From Candidatus Poribacteria bacterium (GTDB lineage Bacteria; Poribacteria; WGA-4E; PCPOR2b), in NCBI GenBank assembly GCA_965218095.1, contig OZ244587.1, forward strand, positions 4,320,001 to 4,384,000: 64,000 nucleotides of DNA. The letters are read 5' to 3'. The position numbers and the translations under genes are program-made. How positions within the stretch are numbered: the stretch's first letter is position 1; each line of letters begins with the position of its first letter. Of this stretch, positions 9,902-20,547 are shown in pieces. The notes under the pieces are model-generated. The model saw nothing but the letters and a program-made list of their open reading frames with translations. It was not told where the DNA came from and made no database searches.

Positions 9902-11026
9902 ATGATTATTGACTCCCACGTATATTGCTTTGAACCGGCGGACAGCCCACGCGGCTATGTGAGCAGCGAGGAACACCTCAAGTGGGTCCAGGCGGCGCAT
10001 GCGGTGCACCATCAACCGGCGTTCCGGATTCGAGACCGGGCCTCTGGCCCATCAGACGTCCTTGCTCCAGAAGGACGTCGCGATTTAGCCAAACTTCCTG
10101 ATGTGAAGTTTCGTATCAATCACCCACGCGGCAGAGTGGTCTGGAATTACGAAGGCGAGGAATACACGAAACATTTCTATCCACCGAATTTGCGAAATTG
10201 CGAATTCACGCCTTTCAGTTTGGATTGTGAGATGGATTATGCGGGCGTGGATATGGCGCTGCTCCACACAAACCCGATGTTGGGTCGAGACAGCGCATAC
10301 CAGGCGGAATGCGTGGATCGGTTTCCAGACCGCTTTCGCTCAATGACGCATGTGGATGAATGGCGTATCCGTGATGAAATGGACGCCGTCATTGACGAGA
10401 TCAACACCGCCATCACCGTCCACGGGTTACACGCAATCAAGTTCAATCCGCTGACTTATATGGTAAGCCCCGACCCTTGGGACGATGGCGCCTACCGCCC
10501 ATTTTGGGAGGCAGCGACAGCCCTCAACGTCCCGATATTCTTCACGCTCGGTACGGGGCCGGAGGCGGAGCACCGGACGCTTTCTGATGCTGAACAGCGA
10601 GAAGGCTATCTTAATGAACTGCGCATCCTGATGCGATGGATGGGGCGCTACCCGGAGGCTGTGTGCAGCATTACCCACGGCTTTCCCTGGCGTGCATTTC
10701 TGGATGGGGAGGGAATCACGCTTCCGGATGCCATCTGGGAGCCATTCCAGAATCCCAACCTCAACCTGGAGGTGTGCTTCCCCGTCCGGCTGGGGGACAT
10801 TTTCGATTATCCCTACCGTGAGGTTTGGCCGACCCTTGAAGCAATGGTTGAGCGCGTCGGTGCAGACCACCTGCTTTGGGGAACGGACATGCCGTTCCAA
10901 AACCGTTTCTGCACGTACCGCCAGTCACGCAACTGGACCGAGAAATACTGTAGTTTCCTCAGCCAGGAAGATCTGGTGATGATCATGGGGGGGACTGTAG
11001 GGTGCATCCTCGGGCTTAACGGATGA
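9902..11026 (+). CDS. Amidohydrolase_2 family protein
   Basis: MIIDSH, THGFP, LLWGTDMPF. Confidence 0.88.
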   Translation: MIIDSHVYCFEPADSPRGYVSSEEHLKWVQAAHAVHHQPAFRIRDRASGPSDVLAPEGRRDLAKLPDVKFRINHPRGRVVWNYEGEEYTKHFYPPNLRNCEFTPFSLDCEMDYAGVDMALLHTNPMLGRDSAYQAECVDRFPDRFRSMTHVDEWRIRDEMDAVIDEINTAITVHGLHAIKFNPLTYMVSPDPWDDGAYRPFWEAATALNVPIFFTLGTGPEAEHRTLSDAEQREGYLNELRILMRWMGRYPEAVCSITHGFPWRAFLDGEGITLPDAIWEPFQNPNLNLEVCFPVRLGDIFDYPYREVWPTLEAMVERVGADHLLWGTDMPFQNRFCTYRQSRNWTEKYCSFLSQEDLVMIMGGTVGCILGLNG

Positions 11027-11115
11027 CGCAAAGTGGAGCAACCTGATATGGAGGTGGTCCGCTACGGAAGCTGGCTGAATATAGTTATGCGGATTTCCTC
11101 ACGAGGAAGTCTAAA

Positions 11116-12681
11116 ATGGAACCTGTCACTTCCTATCTGCTGAGATACCGATTTTTCCTCTTATCCCTGATTCTTTCCGTGTTTATGGTTTTTCATACCG
11201 TAAATGGGCAGTGGATCGGTGACTTTTGGGAGCACAGTGCAGTGGTTCGGGAGTTGGGGACTCACCCGTTTTCCCCGAAGCATCCGCAACTCCTACTCGA
11301 CGCGCCGCATGCCTTCTATTCCCCCTACACTTTGGCGGTGGGTTGCGTTTCAAGCGTTCTGCGGCTATCCCCCGTGGCGACGCTTTCTCTGTTTAGTATT
11401 TTCAACCTCCTGCTTTTCTTATTCTCCCTGAGACTTTTTGTTCTGTTACTATTGGATAGTGAAGCAACGGCGTTTTACACGCTGCTGTTCACACTGCTTC
11501 TGTGGGGCGGCGCCGTATGGGGGTATAGCGACCTTTTCCATTTGAAAGCCTGCGCCTATATCCGGCCTTATCCATCCAGGTTTGCAATCTCTCTCGCGTT
11601 AATAGGACTTTCGATGTATGTTTTACACGCCAGAAGTGGAAACCGATTGTGGCTCATTCCCGTTGTCGTGGTTAATGTCGTTGTGATGCTAACGCACCCG
11701 CTCACTTTCAATCTAATGGTTGTAGGAGTTGTTTCGTTATCTCTCGGACTACGCCGCCTCCCCTCAGTTGATTATGGGTTACTCGCAGGTGTTTTCATTC
11801 TTTCCTTATTGGTTGCTGCCGCCTGGCCATATTTCCCGTTTGTTAAGCTTGTTTTGTCCGATTCGGAAGTATACCACCTGAGTAATCGCGGGATATATAG
11901 TCACGTCATTAAGAGTATATACCCCGCTTTTATCGGCATTCCGCTATTGATGCTCCAGATCAGATCGAATTGGCGGGCCCCCTTAGGATTTATGTTTTTA
12001 GGGCTGTGTCTGATCTATACCTATGGGGCTGTGTTCGAGAAATGGAGTTACGGTCACGTCATGACACACATCGTCCTGGTATTGCACATAGCTATTGCAG
12101 ACGCTGTGTCCCGAATCGAATCGAAGTTAGTATTTCGTCAGATTCCCGCCTCAGTCATCCGATTTGCCTATTGTTGTCTGATCCTCATAATCACAGTCGC
12201 TTTCTCATTCAAGCTCATCATTCAACCTGCTATTTTGAAGCCTGAAATTCGGTCTGAATTACGACCGGCTGTTACCTTTGCTCTACCAGGCTGCCCAAAT
12301 ACTTATGATCAGTATCTATTTCTTTCGCAATATACCCGGCAATATGATGTTGTGTTATCAGATAAAAATACTAGTTGGGTCGTACCAAGTTTCGGAGGGA
12401 AGGTCGTTGCGGCTCTACATCCTTTAGCTTTCGTTCCCGATCATGACATAAGAATGAAGGATTTGGAACGTTTCTTTCGTGAGACAACTCCTCATCGTGA
12501 TCGATTAGAGATTATTCGGAAGTATCAAGCCAAGTTCCTGCTACTCAATAAGGCGCTTGTTCCGATGTGGGAAACGATGATGCATGCGTTTCAACCTTCA
12601 GGTCGTGTTGTATTTCATAATGACCAATTCGTACTGATTTCTCTGGATGCCTTGAATGAAAGCCCTCGATATTCTGAGTAA
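11116..12681 (+). CDS. Polytopic membrane protein, probable GT-C-fold glycosyltransferase
   Basis: About 11 hydrophobic segments, an acidic GDFWEH motif after TM1 and a soluble C-terminal domain. Confidence 0.6.
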   Translation: MEPVTSYLLRYRFFLLSLILSVFMVFHTVNGQWIGDFWEHSAVVRELGTHPFSPKHPQLLLDAPHAFYSPYTLAVGCVSSVLRLSPVATLSLFSIFNLLLFLFSLRLFVLLLLDSEATAFYTLLFTLLLWGGAVWGYSDLFHLKACAYIRPYPSRFAISLALIGLSMYVLHARSGNRLWLIPVVVVNVVVMLTHPLTFNLMVVGVVSLSLGLRRLPSVDYGLLAGVFILSLLVAAAWPYFPFVKLVLSDSEVYHLSNRGIYSHVIKSIYPAFIGIPLLMLQIRSNWRAPLGFMFLGLCLIYTYGAVFEKWSYGHVMTHIVLVLHIAIADAVSRIESKLVFRQIPASVIRFAYCCLILIITVAFSFKLIIQPAILKPEIRSELRPAVTFALPGCPNTYDQYLFLSQYTRQYDVVLSDKNTSWVVPSFGGKVVAALHPLAFVPDHDIRMKDLERFFRETTPHRDRLEIIRKYQAKFLLLNKALVPMWETMMHAFQPSGRVVFHNDQFVLISLDALNESPRYSE

Positions 12682-12833
12682 ATAGTTCGTCTCAGGCCAT
12701 GCTTTGTCGTGCCTCGTGATTCGTCGCAGTTGAATGGACAGTTTATCAGCAGTCTAATTCACCATAATACCGTCTACTTCTCAGTTGAGCCCCGATAGAT
12801 CGGGCGCCCGAGTTGAGTCCGCCAATTCAGACT

Positions 12834-12882
12834 TATTACGTTTTATGCTTTACGTTTTACGCATCACGCATCACGCATCACA
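12834..12882 (+). repeat. Degenerate heptamer array (TTTTACG-like x4, CATCACG-like x3)
   Basis: tattacg ttttatg ctttacg ttttacg catcacg catcacg catcaca. Confidence 0.85.
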
Positions 12883-14959
12883 CAGTTCGTTTTACCCAAT
12901 CTTCGTCTCTCTCTTAATTCTCTTGTCGGTTTGGCGTTGCGACCAGATTCATGCCGAAGAGACGCCAGAGCCAATACAACTCGAAGAGATCACCGTGACG
13001 CCGGGAAAGTTCACCATTCAAGGTGGAACGGGAGCAAGGCTGTCACTGTCGAAGAAGGAGATTAATCTGTTTCCCCTGATCGATAATGATGTCGCCCGCG
13101 CCGCACAGATCTTCCCCGGCGTAACCTCCAACGATTTCAGTGCTAGGTTCAATCTGCGGGGCGGCGAGAAGGACGAAATCCTTGTACGATTGGACGGGAT
13201 GGAGTTATTTGAGCCATATCACCTGCAAGACTTCGGTGGAGCGATTTCCATCATCGATCTGGGGCTGGTACGCCGCGTGGATCTGCTGATGGGCGGTTTC
13301 CCCGCAACGTATGGCGATAAAATGTCGGGGGTGTTCGACATTACCACGAAAGCGGGGAGTCGGGAGGGATTCTCCGTGAATCTGGGCATAGATTTGATCA
13401 ACGCACATGCGCTGCTAGAAGGGCCCCTATTGGACAAAGGCTCATGGCTCGTCTCAGCGCGACGCGGCTATGTAGATCTCATCCTCGCATTGATAGATGC
13501 AGACGAAGACATCAAGCCGCAGTATGCAGATCTCTACGGCAAGATTACCTATGATCTGACCGAGAAAGATCAACTCACCCTCAACACACTTTACGCTTGG
13601 GATGACAACTTCATCAATGAGGATGATGACGAAGACGATCTCGATTCGACCTATCAGAACGCGATGATCTGGACGAAGTGGCGTCATTTCTACAGCGAGG
13701 CGATCTGGTCGGATCTGTTCATCTTCAACGGCTTGGCGACCCGAGAGCGCCGGGAAGGGATTGATGGGGTCGATACACGGAATTTTGGTTTCCTCGGCGC
13801 AAAAGGGGAGTTGACCGCGCGCTTGCTAAACGCGCACACGATTCGTGGCGGATTGGAATGGCGTTGGTCCGTGGCGGAGTACGATTATTCTGTTCCCAGA
13901 CATCAGCAGGTCACGACACAGTTTATCTTGAACCGTTGTGAACTTTGCGACTTTACGCATAGAATTTCGGCAGAAGTTGATGATCGAGGCTGGGAGGTCA
14001 AGGGATACCTGCAAGATGAATGGCAACTTCATCCCAGGCTGGCAATCAACATCGGCGGACGCTATCTGTTCCAGGATTATCGCCGTAGCGAAGTCCAGAA
14101 GTACGAGTTTGGCCCACGGGTCGCACTAGCTGTGAAGCCAATCGAAAACCTCGTGCTGCGTGGCGTGTGGGGGCTTTACCATCAGCCAATCGATCTGATG
14201 ACGATTGCTGTCGAAGACGGCACTGACGACGTTGGTAGGGCAGCGAAGGCAGCGCACTACGTTGTCGGTGCAGAGTATGCTTCTGATGGGAACTTTATGA
14301 TCCGCGCCGAAGGGTATTACAAAAAGCTGGAGAACCTCACAGGTCAGATTCAGGATTTCGGCAGGGGGGCGCAGATTATAGCACCCGCGGATTCGGGAGA
14401 TGTGAAAGGTTTCGATCTTTTCATGAGTAGTGCGCTATCAGATCGGTTGACGGGGAGCGTGGGTTATGCCTTCTCAATCACAAAAGCAAGAGAGGATAAT
14501 CCGCGGTTTAATCCGCCGTTGTTCGGCAAGGAATTTTATCGTGATTTTGATCAACGCCACACAACTGCCCTCAACGGCAGTTATCGGATCTCGCCGAGTT
14601 TGCATTTGCACGTCGTCTGGCGTTTTCACACCGGCAACCCCACAACGCATCTGGAGCATACCCTTATTCAGGCTTCCGATGGCAACTTGGTCTGTAAACG
14701 GGGATTTGGCGAGTACAACGCCGAACGCTTGCCAGCATATCATAGTCTCGACCTGCGACTCACGAAAACGAGCGAGTACAAAAGCTGGACACTCAACTGG
14801 TACGTTCAGATACTAAACCTTTACAACCGATCCAACGTTCATGAACGTGCATTCGACATCGTCCGTGATGAGGATACCAATGCCCTAATCAACTGTGAAG
14901 TGAGTAATGAGCCGCTTTTTCCGATTCTCCCAACGTTGGGTGTGAGTGCGACATTTTAG
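12845..14959 (+). CDS. TonB-dependent receptor
   Basis: Signal peptide, LEEITVT TonB box, plug motifs (RGG..LDG; GGFPATYG..MSGV), barrel ending in Phe. Start uncertain (12785 or 12845). Confidence 0.92.
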   Translation: MLYVLRITHHASHSSFYPIFVSLLILLSVWRCDQIHAEETPEPIQLEEITVTPGKFTIQGGTGARLSLSKKEINLFPLIDNDVARAAQIFPGVTSNDFSARFNLRGGEKDEILVRLDGMELFEPYHLQDFGGAISIIDLGLVRRVDLLMGGFPATYGDKMSGVFDITTKAGSREGFSVNLGIDLINAHALLEGPLLDKGSWLVSARRGYVDLILALIDADEDIKPQYADLYGKITYDLTEKDQLTLNTLYAWDDNFINEDDDEDDLDSTYQNAMIWTKWRHFYSEAIWSDLFIFNGLATRERREGIDGVDTRNFGFLGAKGELTARLLNAHTIRGGLEWRWSVAEYDYSVPRHQQVTTQFILNRCELCDFTHRISAEVDDRGWEVKGYLQDEWQLHPRLAINIGGRYLFQDYRRSEVQKYEFGPRVALAVKPIENLVLRGVWGLYHQPIDLMTIAVEDGTDDVGRAAKAAHYVVGAEYASDGNFMIRAEGYYKKLENLTGQIQDFGRGAQIIAPADSGDVKGFDLFMSSALSDRLTGSVGYAFSITKAREDNPRFNPPLFGKEFYRDFDQRHTTALNGSYRISPSLHLHVVWRFHTGNPTTHLEHTLIQASDGNLVCKRGFGEYNAERLPAYHSLDLRLTKTSEYKSWTLNWYVQILNLYNRSNVHERAFDIVRDEDTNALINCEVSNEPLFPILPTLGVSATF

Positions 14960-14995
14960 CGGCAGCCGAACATGATGATTCATGCGTATAATCCC

Positions 14996-15025
14996 TTGAC
15001 ATTCCCCAATTACTTTGATTATAAT
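14996..15025 (+). promoter_or_regulatory. Sigma70-type promoter
   Basis: TTGACA-18 bp-TATAAT upstream of the rhodanese gene. Confidence 0.7.
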
Positions 15026-15137
15026 TGAAGCGTTACTCCGGGTAATGTCAGTTACTTGTATCAACCATTTTATGACAACTTGCTATCATCATTTGGACTT
15101 ATTATCTCTTTCATCATGATATTCAAGGAGAAAGCCG

Positions 15138-15581
15138 ATGCTGAACGGTATCAAAAAAGCGCTGCAAGATCTTTTCGATAAAAACCCGAAATATTCGACC
15201 AAAAGAGATTTGCCCAGAGCTGTACCGAGCGCCGAAGAGGCAATTCTCCCTTTCAACCCTGCCGAATATGCAATCCAACCTCACAGTCTCAAGCGTTTGA
15301 TGGATGAAGGGAATGATCTTATTTTATTAGATGTGCGCGAAGAGAGGGAGTATCAGACTGTCCATCTCGATGGTGCGAAGTGGATTCCCCTGAGAGAGCT
15401 GCCGCAGCGGGCATTGGCACTGAACCCTTACGCCGAAATCATTGTTTACTGCCATAAAGGAATGCGCAGCTTAGATGCGGCTTATCTTCTGCAACAGCTT
15501 GGATTCAAGCGGGTCAAAAGCCTGGTTGGCGGAATCGATCGATGGGCGAGAGAAATTGACACCGGCCTCCAGCGATATTAA
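15138..15581 (+). CDS. Rhodanese-like sulfurtransferase domain protein
   Basis: LLDVRE, VYCHKGMRS, SLVGGIDRW..ID..L.RY. Confidence 0.92.
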   Translation: MLNGIKKALQDLFDKNPKYSTKRDLPRAVPSAEEAILPFNPAEYAIQPHSLKRLMDEGNDLILLDVREEREYQTVHLDGAKWIPLRELPQRALALNPYAEIIVYCHKGMRSLDAAYLLQQLGFKRVKSLVGGIDRWAREIDTGLQRY

Positions 15582-15893
15582 TCCTTCCGATTACCCTGAT
15601 TGACTGACAAAAGTCGCTTCCGTATAGATGCAAACAGGAGGGATGTAACTTTCCAAAAACTGGAAAATATGATAACCTTCATAGAAAGTGGGAGGGCTCA
15701 AAATCCGGTCGGCGATTTTTTGGTGTTTGGAAAGTGTCAACCGAACTCAGCCCGAAAATGAACCACTCCAATTCTTCTTCGTTTTACCACCTAAACGGTT
15801 ACGGAAAATCCTTCCGAAGACAGGTGACCACAGGATGCGGCTCAAAATCCTATGACGGTTTTCGTAGTACGGTTTGACCGAAGTTTAGAGGAA

Positions 15894-17657
15894 ATGCCAA
15901 TGAATGTTACTGGAAAAGCTGAGATGATCGTCGAATTTTATACCACCCTCAACGGCGTCTATGCGGTTGAGGAAACGGCTCATGTTGTCATCGCTGTGCG
16001 AGATGGTCGTGCCCATTATCCCGTTGAGGGTGGTCGGGTGAACCTGGAAATCAACACGGCCACCGGTGAAATTCATAAGCGCGAGGGCCCCACCGATATG
16101 GATGGCAGGGCGTGGTTCGAGTTCGACTTTGACCGAGGCACGAATGGGCTCGGGGTTTACCAGGCCAAAGTGGCCGTTTCTAAAGACGGCTACGTTGACG
16201 AGACGACCGCGGGGAAATTAGAGATGCGGAGCAACCCCAAAGCGCCGGATGTGGAAAAATATCTGTTCTTAGATGACTTCATTGTCGAGAACCACGAAAG
16301 TGTGTTCTTTTGCGTAAACAGACCATCTAAGTTTGAGGGCAATCCTATACTCAAACCCGACAATCCTTGGGAAACAAAAGACGTGAGTATGCCCTCCGTC
16401 ATCTTCGACGAAGACGAGGGGATCTTCAAGATGTGGTATCGCACCGTTGTGTCATACAATTAGCCGCCGTGGGAAAAATACATCTGCTGCTACGCCACCT
16501 CGAAAAACGGGATTCATTGGGAGAAACCCACCCTCGGACTGGCTGACTTTGATGGTTCGAAGGAGAACAACATTGTCCCCGATGGCCCCTCGGCGGTTTT
16601 CAAGGACCCGGACGAGCCTCGGGCGGAGAGGCGCTACAAGGGAAGCCGCTTTGTGTAGGGGTTAGGCCCATGCATTCACTTCTCGCCCGATGGCCTGAGG
16701 TGGGAAGAATATCCCTGGAACCCAATTCCGCTTGAGACCGGGGATGATTTCCGCATCATTCGCCACTGGGGCAAATACATCGCTTGGACGAAGAGTTCAT
16801 CTGACAACGTAACAACTGTTCAGGGTATGCAAGCGGGGAAACGCGCCATGTCCGTGAGCGAGAGTCGAGACCTGATTCATTGGGCAGCGCCGGTACAAAT
16901 CCTTCGAGCTGATGAGGCCGATCCACCCGGAACGCAGCCCTACTCCATGACTGCCCATTGGTACGGCAGCCATTATGTGGGTCTGGTCAGCATAATAAGG
17001 GATCCGGGCGCCGAGACCGAAGACATTAGACTTGCCACAAGTCGCGATGGGGTTAACTGGAAATGGGTGGGAGATCGGTCGGCTTTCCTGCCCCTGGGGC
17101 AGAAAGGAGATTGGGACCGCGGGATGCTGTTCCCGAACCCGAGCGTTCCTTTTATCATTCGGGGAAACGAAATGTTGATTTATTACTGTGCCTACAGCAA
17201 CAGCCACGGCATGAAAGTCATGTTCAATGACGGGCGCACCGGATGGCTCGGTTCGGCGCGCAACTCCGCAATCGGACTGGCAAAGTTGCGCCTCGACGGA
17301 TTTGTCTCCGTCGAGGCGGGTGATTCTCCCGGAACGCTGACCACGAAGTCGTTTTTCTTACACGGGAACGAGGTCTTTATCAATGCGGCGTGCAAAGGTG
17401 AGATCAGAGTCGGGCTCCTCGACCCAGAAGCCCGGGCGGTGGAAGGTTTCTTGGTAGATGATTGTGAACCGATAACTTGCGACCAGGTGGAACATCCTGT
17501 CAGGTGGAAAGCGGGCGCTGATTTGAGCCGGTTAATGGGCCGCCGCGTGAAAGTGATGTTCAAACTGAAAGACGCGAAGCTCTATTCTTTCAGCACCAGG
17601 TGTTCACAAAGAGCGCGAAAGATTGTGGGCGAGTTGGCGAGTAGCTACCAGAACTAA
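15894..17657 (+). pseudogene. Five-bladed beta-propeller glycoside hydrolase-like gene (Ig-like N-domain) with two in-frame TAG stops
   Basis: One continuous frame with TAG at 16461-16463 and 16656-16658. Motifs FKMWY, YATSKNGIHWEKP, SRDGVNW, LRLDGFVS. Confidence 0.85.
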
Positions 17658-17715
17658 CTTGACAATGTTAAATTACCGCTTTAGTAGATAACACTTAGGA
17701 GAAGTCATAACCAAA

Positions 17716-18591
17716 ATGTCCAGATTCGTCACAGTTGCTGCTCTTTCGATTCCACGCATCAAGTGGGATAAGGAAGCCGCATACCGAAAAGCCGAGGAAA
17801 TGATACGCGAGGCTGCGGAGCGCGGCGCCCATATCATTTGTACGACCGAGTGCTTCCTTGATGGCTACGTCATTCTGGATGAAGGTTTAACCCTGGGGCG
17901 TTACCGAACTGCGGCTGAACCGATACCCAACGGTGAATACGCACGCCGCCTCCTTAATCTCGCCCGTGAGTTGAAAATATACCTCGTTGCCGGCCTCGCG
18001 GAGGTAATAGCAGACAAGATCTATAATTCGGCCGTGCTGATAAGTCCGGCAGGAGAGGTGATCGGCAAGCACCACAAGGTGCGCTCCGTCGGTTCATCAC
18101 AAGCGGAAACTCTGAACACTCCAGGGGACCATTTCTCGGTGTTCGAGACGCCTTTGGGAAAGGTCGGCATGATGATCTGCGCAGATCGCAAGATGTTGGA
18201 GCTTCACCGCCTGCTGGCGCTGCAAGGGACCGAACTGGCCCTTATTCCGTCTGCAGGAGGGTTCGGCGAAGTGAATGAAATGATCCTTCGGATGAATGCG
18301 AGAGAGAATCTGATGTTTGTGGTGCATTCCAATGTGTGGAGCTGTGTGATGATCGATCCCCGTGGTCAGGTGATAGCCCGATCGGAAGAAATAGGCAGGG
18401 TCACGCTACAGGAGATAAACCTGGACGAAGTGCCCAAAGGCCGTTTCGACAAGCTGCGCGAAACGCTGTTTCCCATTTGCCGTGCCTTGATGGAGGAGTT
18501 AGAGAATAGCCAACTAGGTTCTGTTGACATTTCAAGGGAGCCATATAAGAGTGGAGACAAAGCTGAGAAATCCAAAATAACGGACAGCTAG
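17716..18591 (+). CDS. Carbon-nitrogen hydrolase (nitrilase superfamily); C-terminus replaced by IS5 sequence
   Basis: E-K-C triad context (TTECFLDGY, HHK, MICAD); the last ~24 codons lie inside the IS. Confidence 0.88.
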   Translation: MSRFVTVAALSIPRIKWDKEAAYRKAEEMIREAAERGAHIICTTECFLDGYVILDEGLTLGRYRTAAEPIPNGEYARRLLNLARELKIYLVAGLAEVIADKIYNSAVLISPAGEVIGKHHKVRSVGSSQAETLNTPGDHFSVFETPLGKVGMMICADRKMLELHRLLALQGTELALIPSAGGFGEVNEMILRMNARENLMFVVHSNVWSCVMIDPRGQVIARSEEIGRVTLQEINLDEVPKGRFDKLRETLFPICRALMEELENSQLGSVDISREPYKSGDKAEKSKITDS

Positions 18592-19336
18592 TTTCTCAAA
18601 CCGAGAGAAGATACGACGATACCATTTTATCTTGTTGATGAAACATTCAACCCGATGTCTCTCTTTGTATAAGCGTTTGTCATACGTTCTTTGGTCAACA
18701 CGATGACTTTTGGGCGGTATCACCGCAATCGCTCCCTTCGCCTCAATAACGGCGATAAAAGCGTCTGAATCGTACCCCTTGTCTCCAATCACATATTCAC
18801 TGTTATATCCGATTATCAACCCTTCCGCCTCAGTTATGTCATGTCTCTGACCGGGGGTCAGATGAATTCTTAGGGGATTGCCTAGTCCGTCAACGGTGAT
18901 GTGAATTTTTGTGCTGAAACCGCCCCGAGAGCGACCTAATGCTTGGTTTTCAGTGCCACCCTTTTTTTTAAGGCGCCCGCCGCAGACGGGTGAGCGCGGC
19001 AGATGGTACTGTCCACAATAAGCGACTCGATATCGGGGTCGGCGGCGAAGTGGTGGTGCATCTGTGTGAAGGCCCCTTTGTCGCACCACCGTGCAAACCG
19101 CTTATAGAGGGTGTTCGATTTACCATAGGTGTCTGGCAGAATCCGCCATTGAGCCCCGCTACGGGTCGCCCAGAGAACAGTTTCGATAAAGCGGCGTGTT
19201 GTCGCTTCGTTGCTAACATAGATGGTGGGACAAGTTAGAAGAAACGAGTATATCTTTTTCCATTGGTCATCGGGTAAGGTTATTGGCATCATTCTTCTAT
19301 TATGCCACAACCTTATACTCAAATGTCAACAGAACC
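18517..19336 (-). mobile_element. IS5-family element (two-ORF, A-tract frameshift type), copy 1
   Basis: 16-bp TIR GGTTCTGTTGACATTT, TA duplication, 820 bp. Motifs IVDST, GRSRGGFSTKIH, GDKGYDS, YKERHRVE. Confidence 0.95.
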
Positions 19337-19406
19337 TAGCAACTTGCGTTAGTATATAGTACCTCGACCAACCTAATTTTGACGGGTCGGAGGTGAGAGA
19401 ATCAAC

Positions 19407-20531
19407 CTAACCCTCCTCATCTCGCCATTGCTGCAAGGGATGGGTTCGATCTTTGAGTGGAAATGGGACACGCCCGCCGCGTCGATGAGATTCCCACGAG
19501 CCGTGAATCATCTCCAGCGACGCTCGTCCCTCCCGACCGGACGAAATCGGATCGGCGTCCGGGGAATTTGGTTCGAGCAACGAGCGGATGATGCGAGACT
19601 GAAGCACGCGATTGATGGCTCGGGTTTCCAGATGCTGACCGGTTATCTGATCTTCTTCAGGTAGCGAAACCGGCTTCCACTGATGCCCCTCCACAGGAGT
19701 CATAAATTCTCCGTGGTGAATAAACATCACGGTGGCTACACTTCGACGCAAGGCAATTCGTCCGTTTGTGCCGATGAGGTCTAAGCCGTAAGCCTTATCA
19801 TTTGCAACCAATTCTGCTAAAAAGTCGCAATCGGCGTGGAGCCCGTTGACAAATTCAAACGAACAGAATGCCCGTTCACCGATGACAAGCCCTGCATCGC
19901 GGTCACGGGGGTTGACCTCCTGACTATGTTTGATGTCCTGAACGGCAGCTTCACGGCCCGCCGCAGTGATATGCGCAGCAGCCCAACCCACATCTCCCCC
20001 CAAGTTGTGAACCCAATCAAAAAGGTGCGTCCCCATCTCCATCATCGCGTTGCCTGATTTGCGCCCACCTTTTTCGTAAGCACGTATCAAGAAGACCTCA
20101 CCGATTTCCCCGTGGGCAATCAACCCTTTCACATAAGCGTTGTATGCGCTGGCACGTTTCTGATGATTAATGGACAATCGCACGCCGGCTTCGTCGCACA
20201 CCGCAACCATCTCATCCGCTTCCTGAAGCGTCATGGCCATTGGTTTTTCGCAGAACACATGGCATCCGTGTGCTGCTGCGGCAAGCGTTGTCGCATGGTG
20301 TTGCGGTGCCTGCGTTGAAATCACGACGAGGTCTAGCTTCTCCCGCTCAAACATCTCATGATAATCTGTATAGAGGGCTGGCACGCCATACGTCCCCTGG
20401 AACGCTTGCAGGGCTTCCTCACGAATATCGCACAAAGCGACCAGATTTACAAGGTCATCCTTGACAAGCGTATTGGCGTGGTCTTTTCCCTTTCCACCGC
20501 ACCCGATCAGCGCGGCTCGATATTTTGCCAT
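19407..20531 (-). CDS. Gfo/Idh/MocA family oxidoreductase
   Basis: ALIGCGGKG, CEKPMA, GTHLFD; AGGAGG RBS. Confidence 0.92.
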   Translation of the reverse strand: MAKYRAALIGCGGKGKDHANTLVKDDLVNLVALCDIREEALQAFQGTYGVPALYTDYHEMFEREKLDLVVISTQAPQHHATTLAAAAHGCHVFCEKPMAMTLQEADEMVAVCDEAGVRLSINHQKRASAYNAYVKGLIAHGEIGEVFLIRAYEKGGRKSGNAMMEMGTHLFDWVHNLGGDVGWAAAHITAAGREAAVQDIKHSQEVNPRDRDAGLVIGERAFCSFEFVNGLHADCDFLAELVANDKAYGLDLIGTNGRIALRRSVATVMFIHHGEFMTPVEGHQWKPVSLPEEDQITGQHLETRAINRVLQSRIIRSLLEPNSPDADPISSGREGRASLEMIHGSWESHRRGGRVPFPLKDRTHPLQQWRDEEG

Positions 20532-20547
20532 TGATTTCTCCTCCTTT

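Noticed and set aside
16461-16658. Genome-wide TAG reassignment
   Set aside because: TAG terminates intact genes at their expected ends, e.g. the TonB receptor after its terminal Phe at 14959 and the TPP enzyme at 51596.
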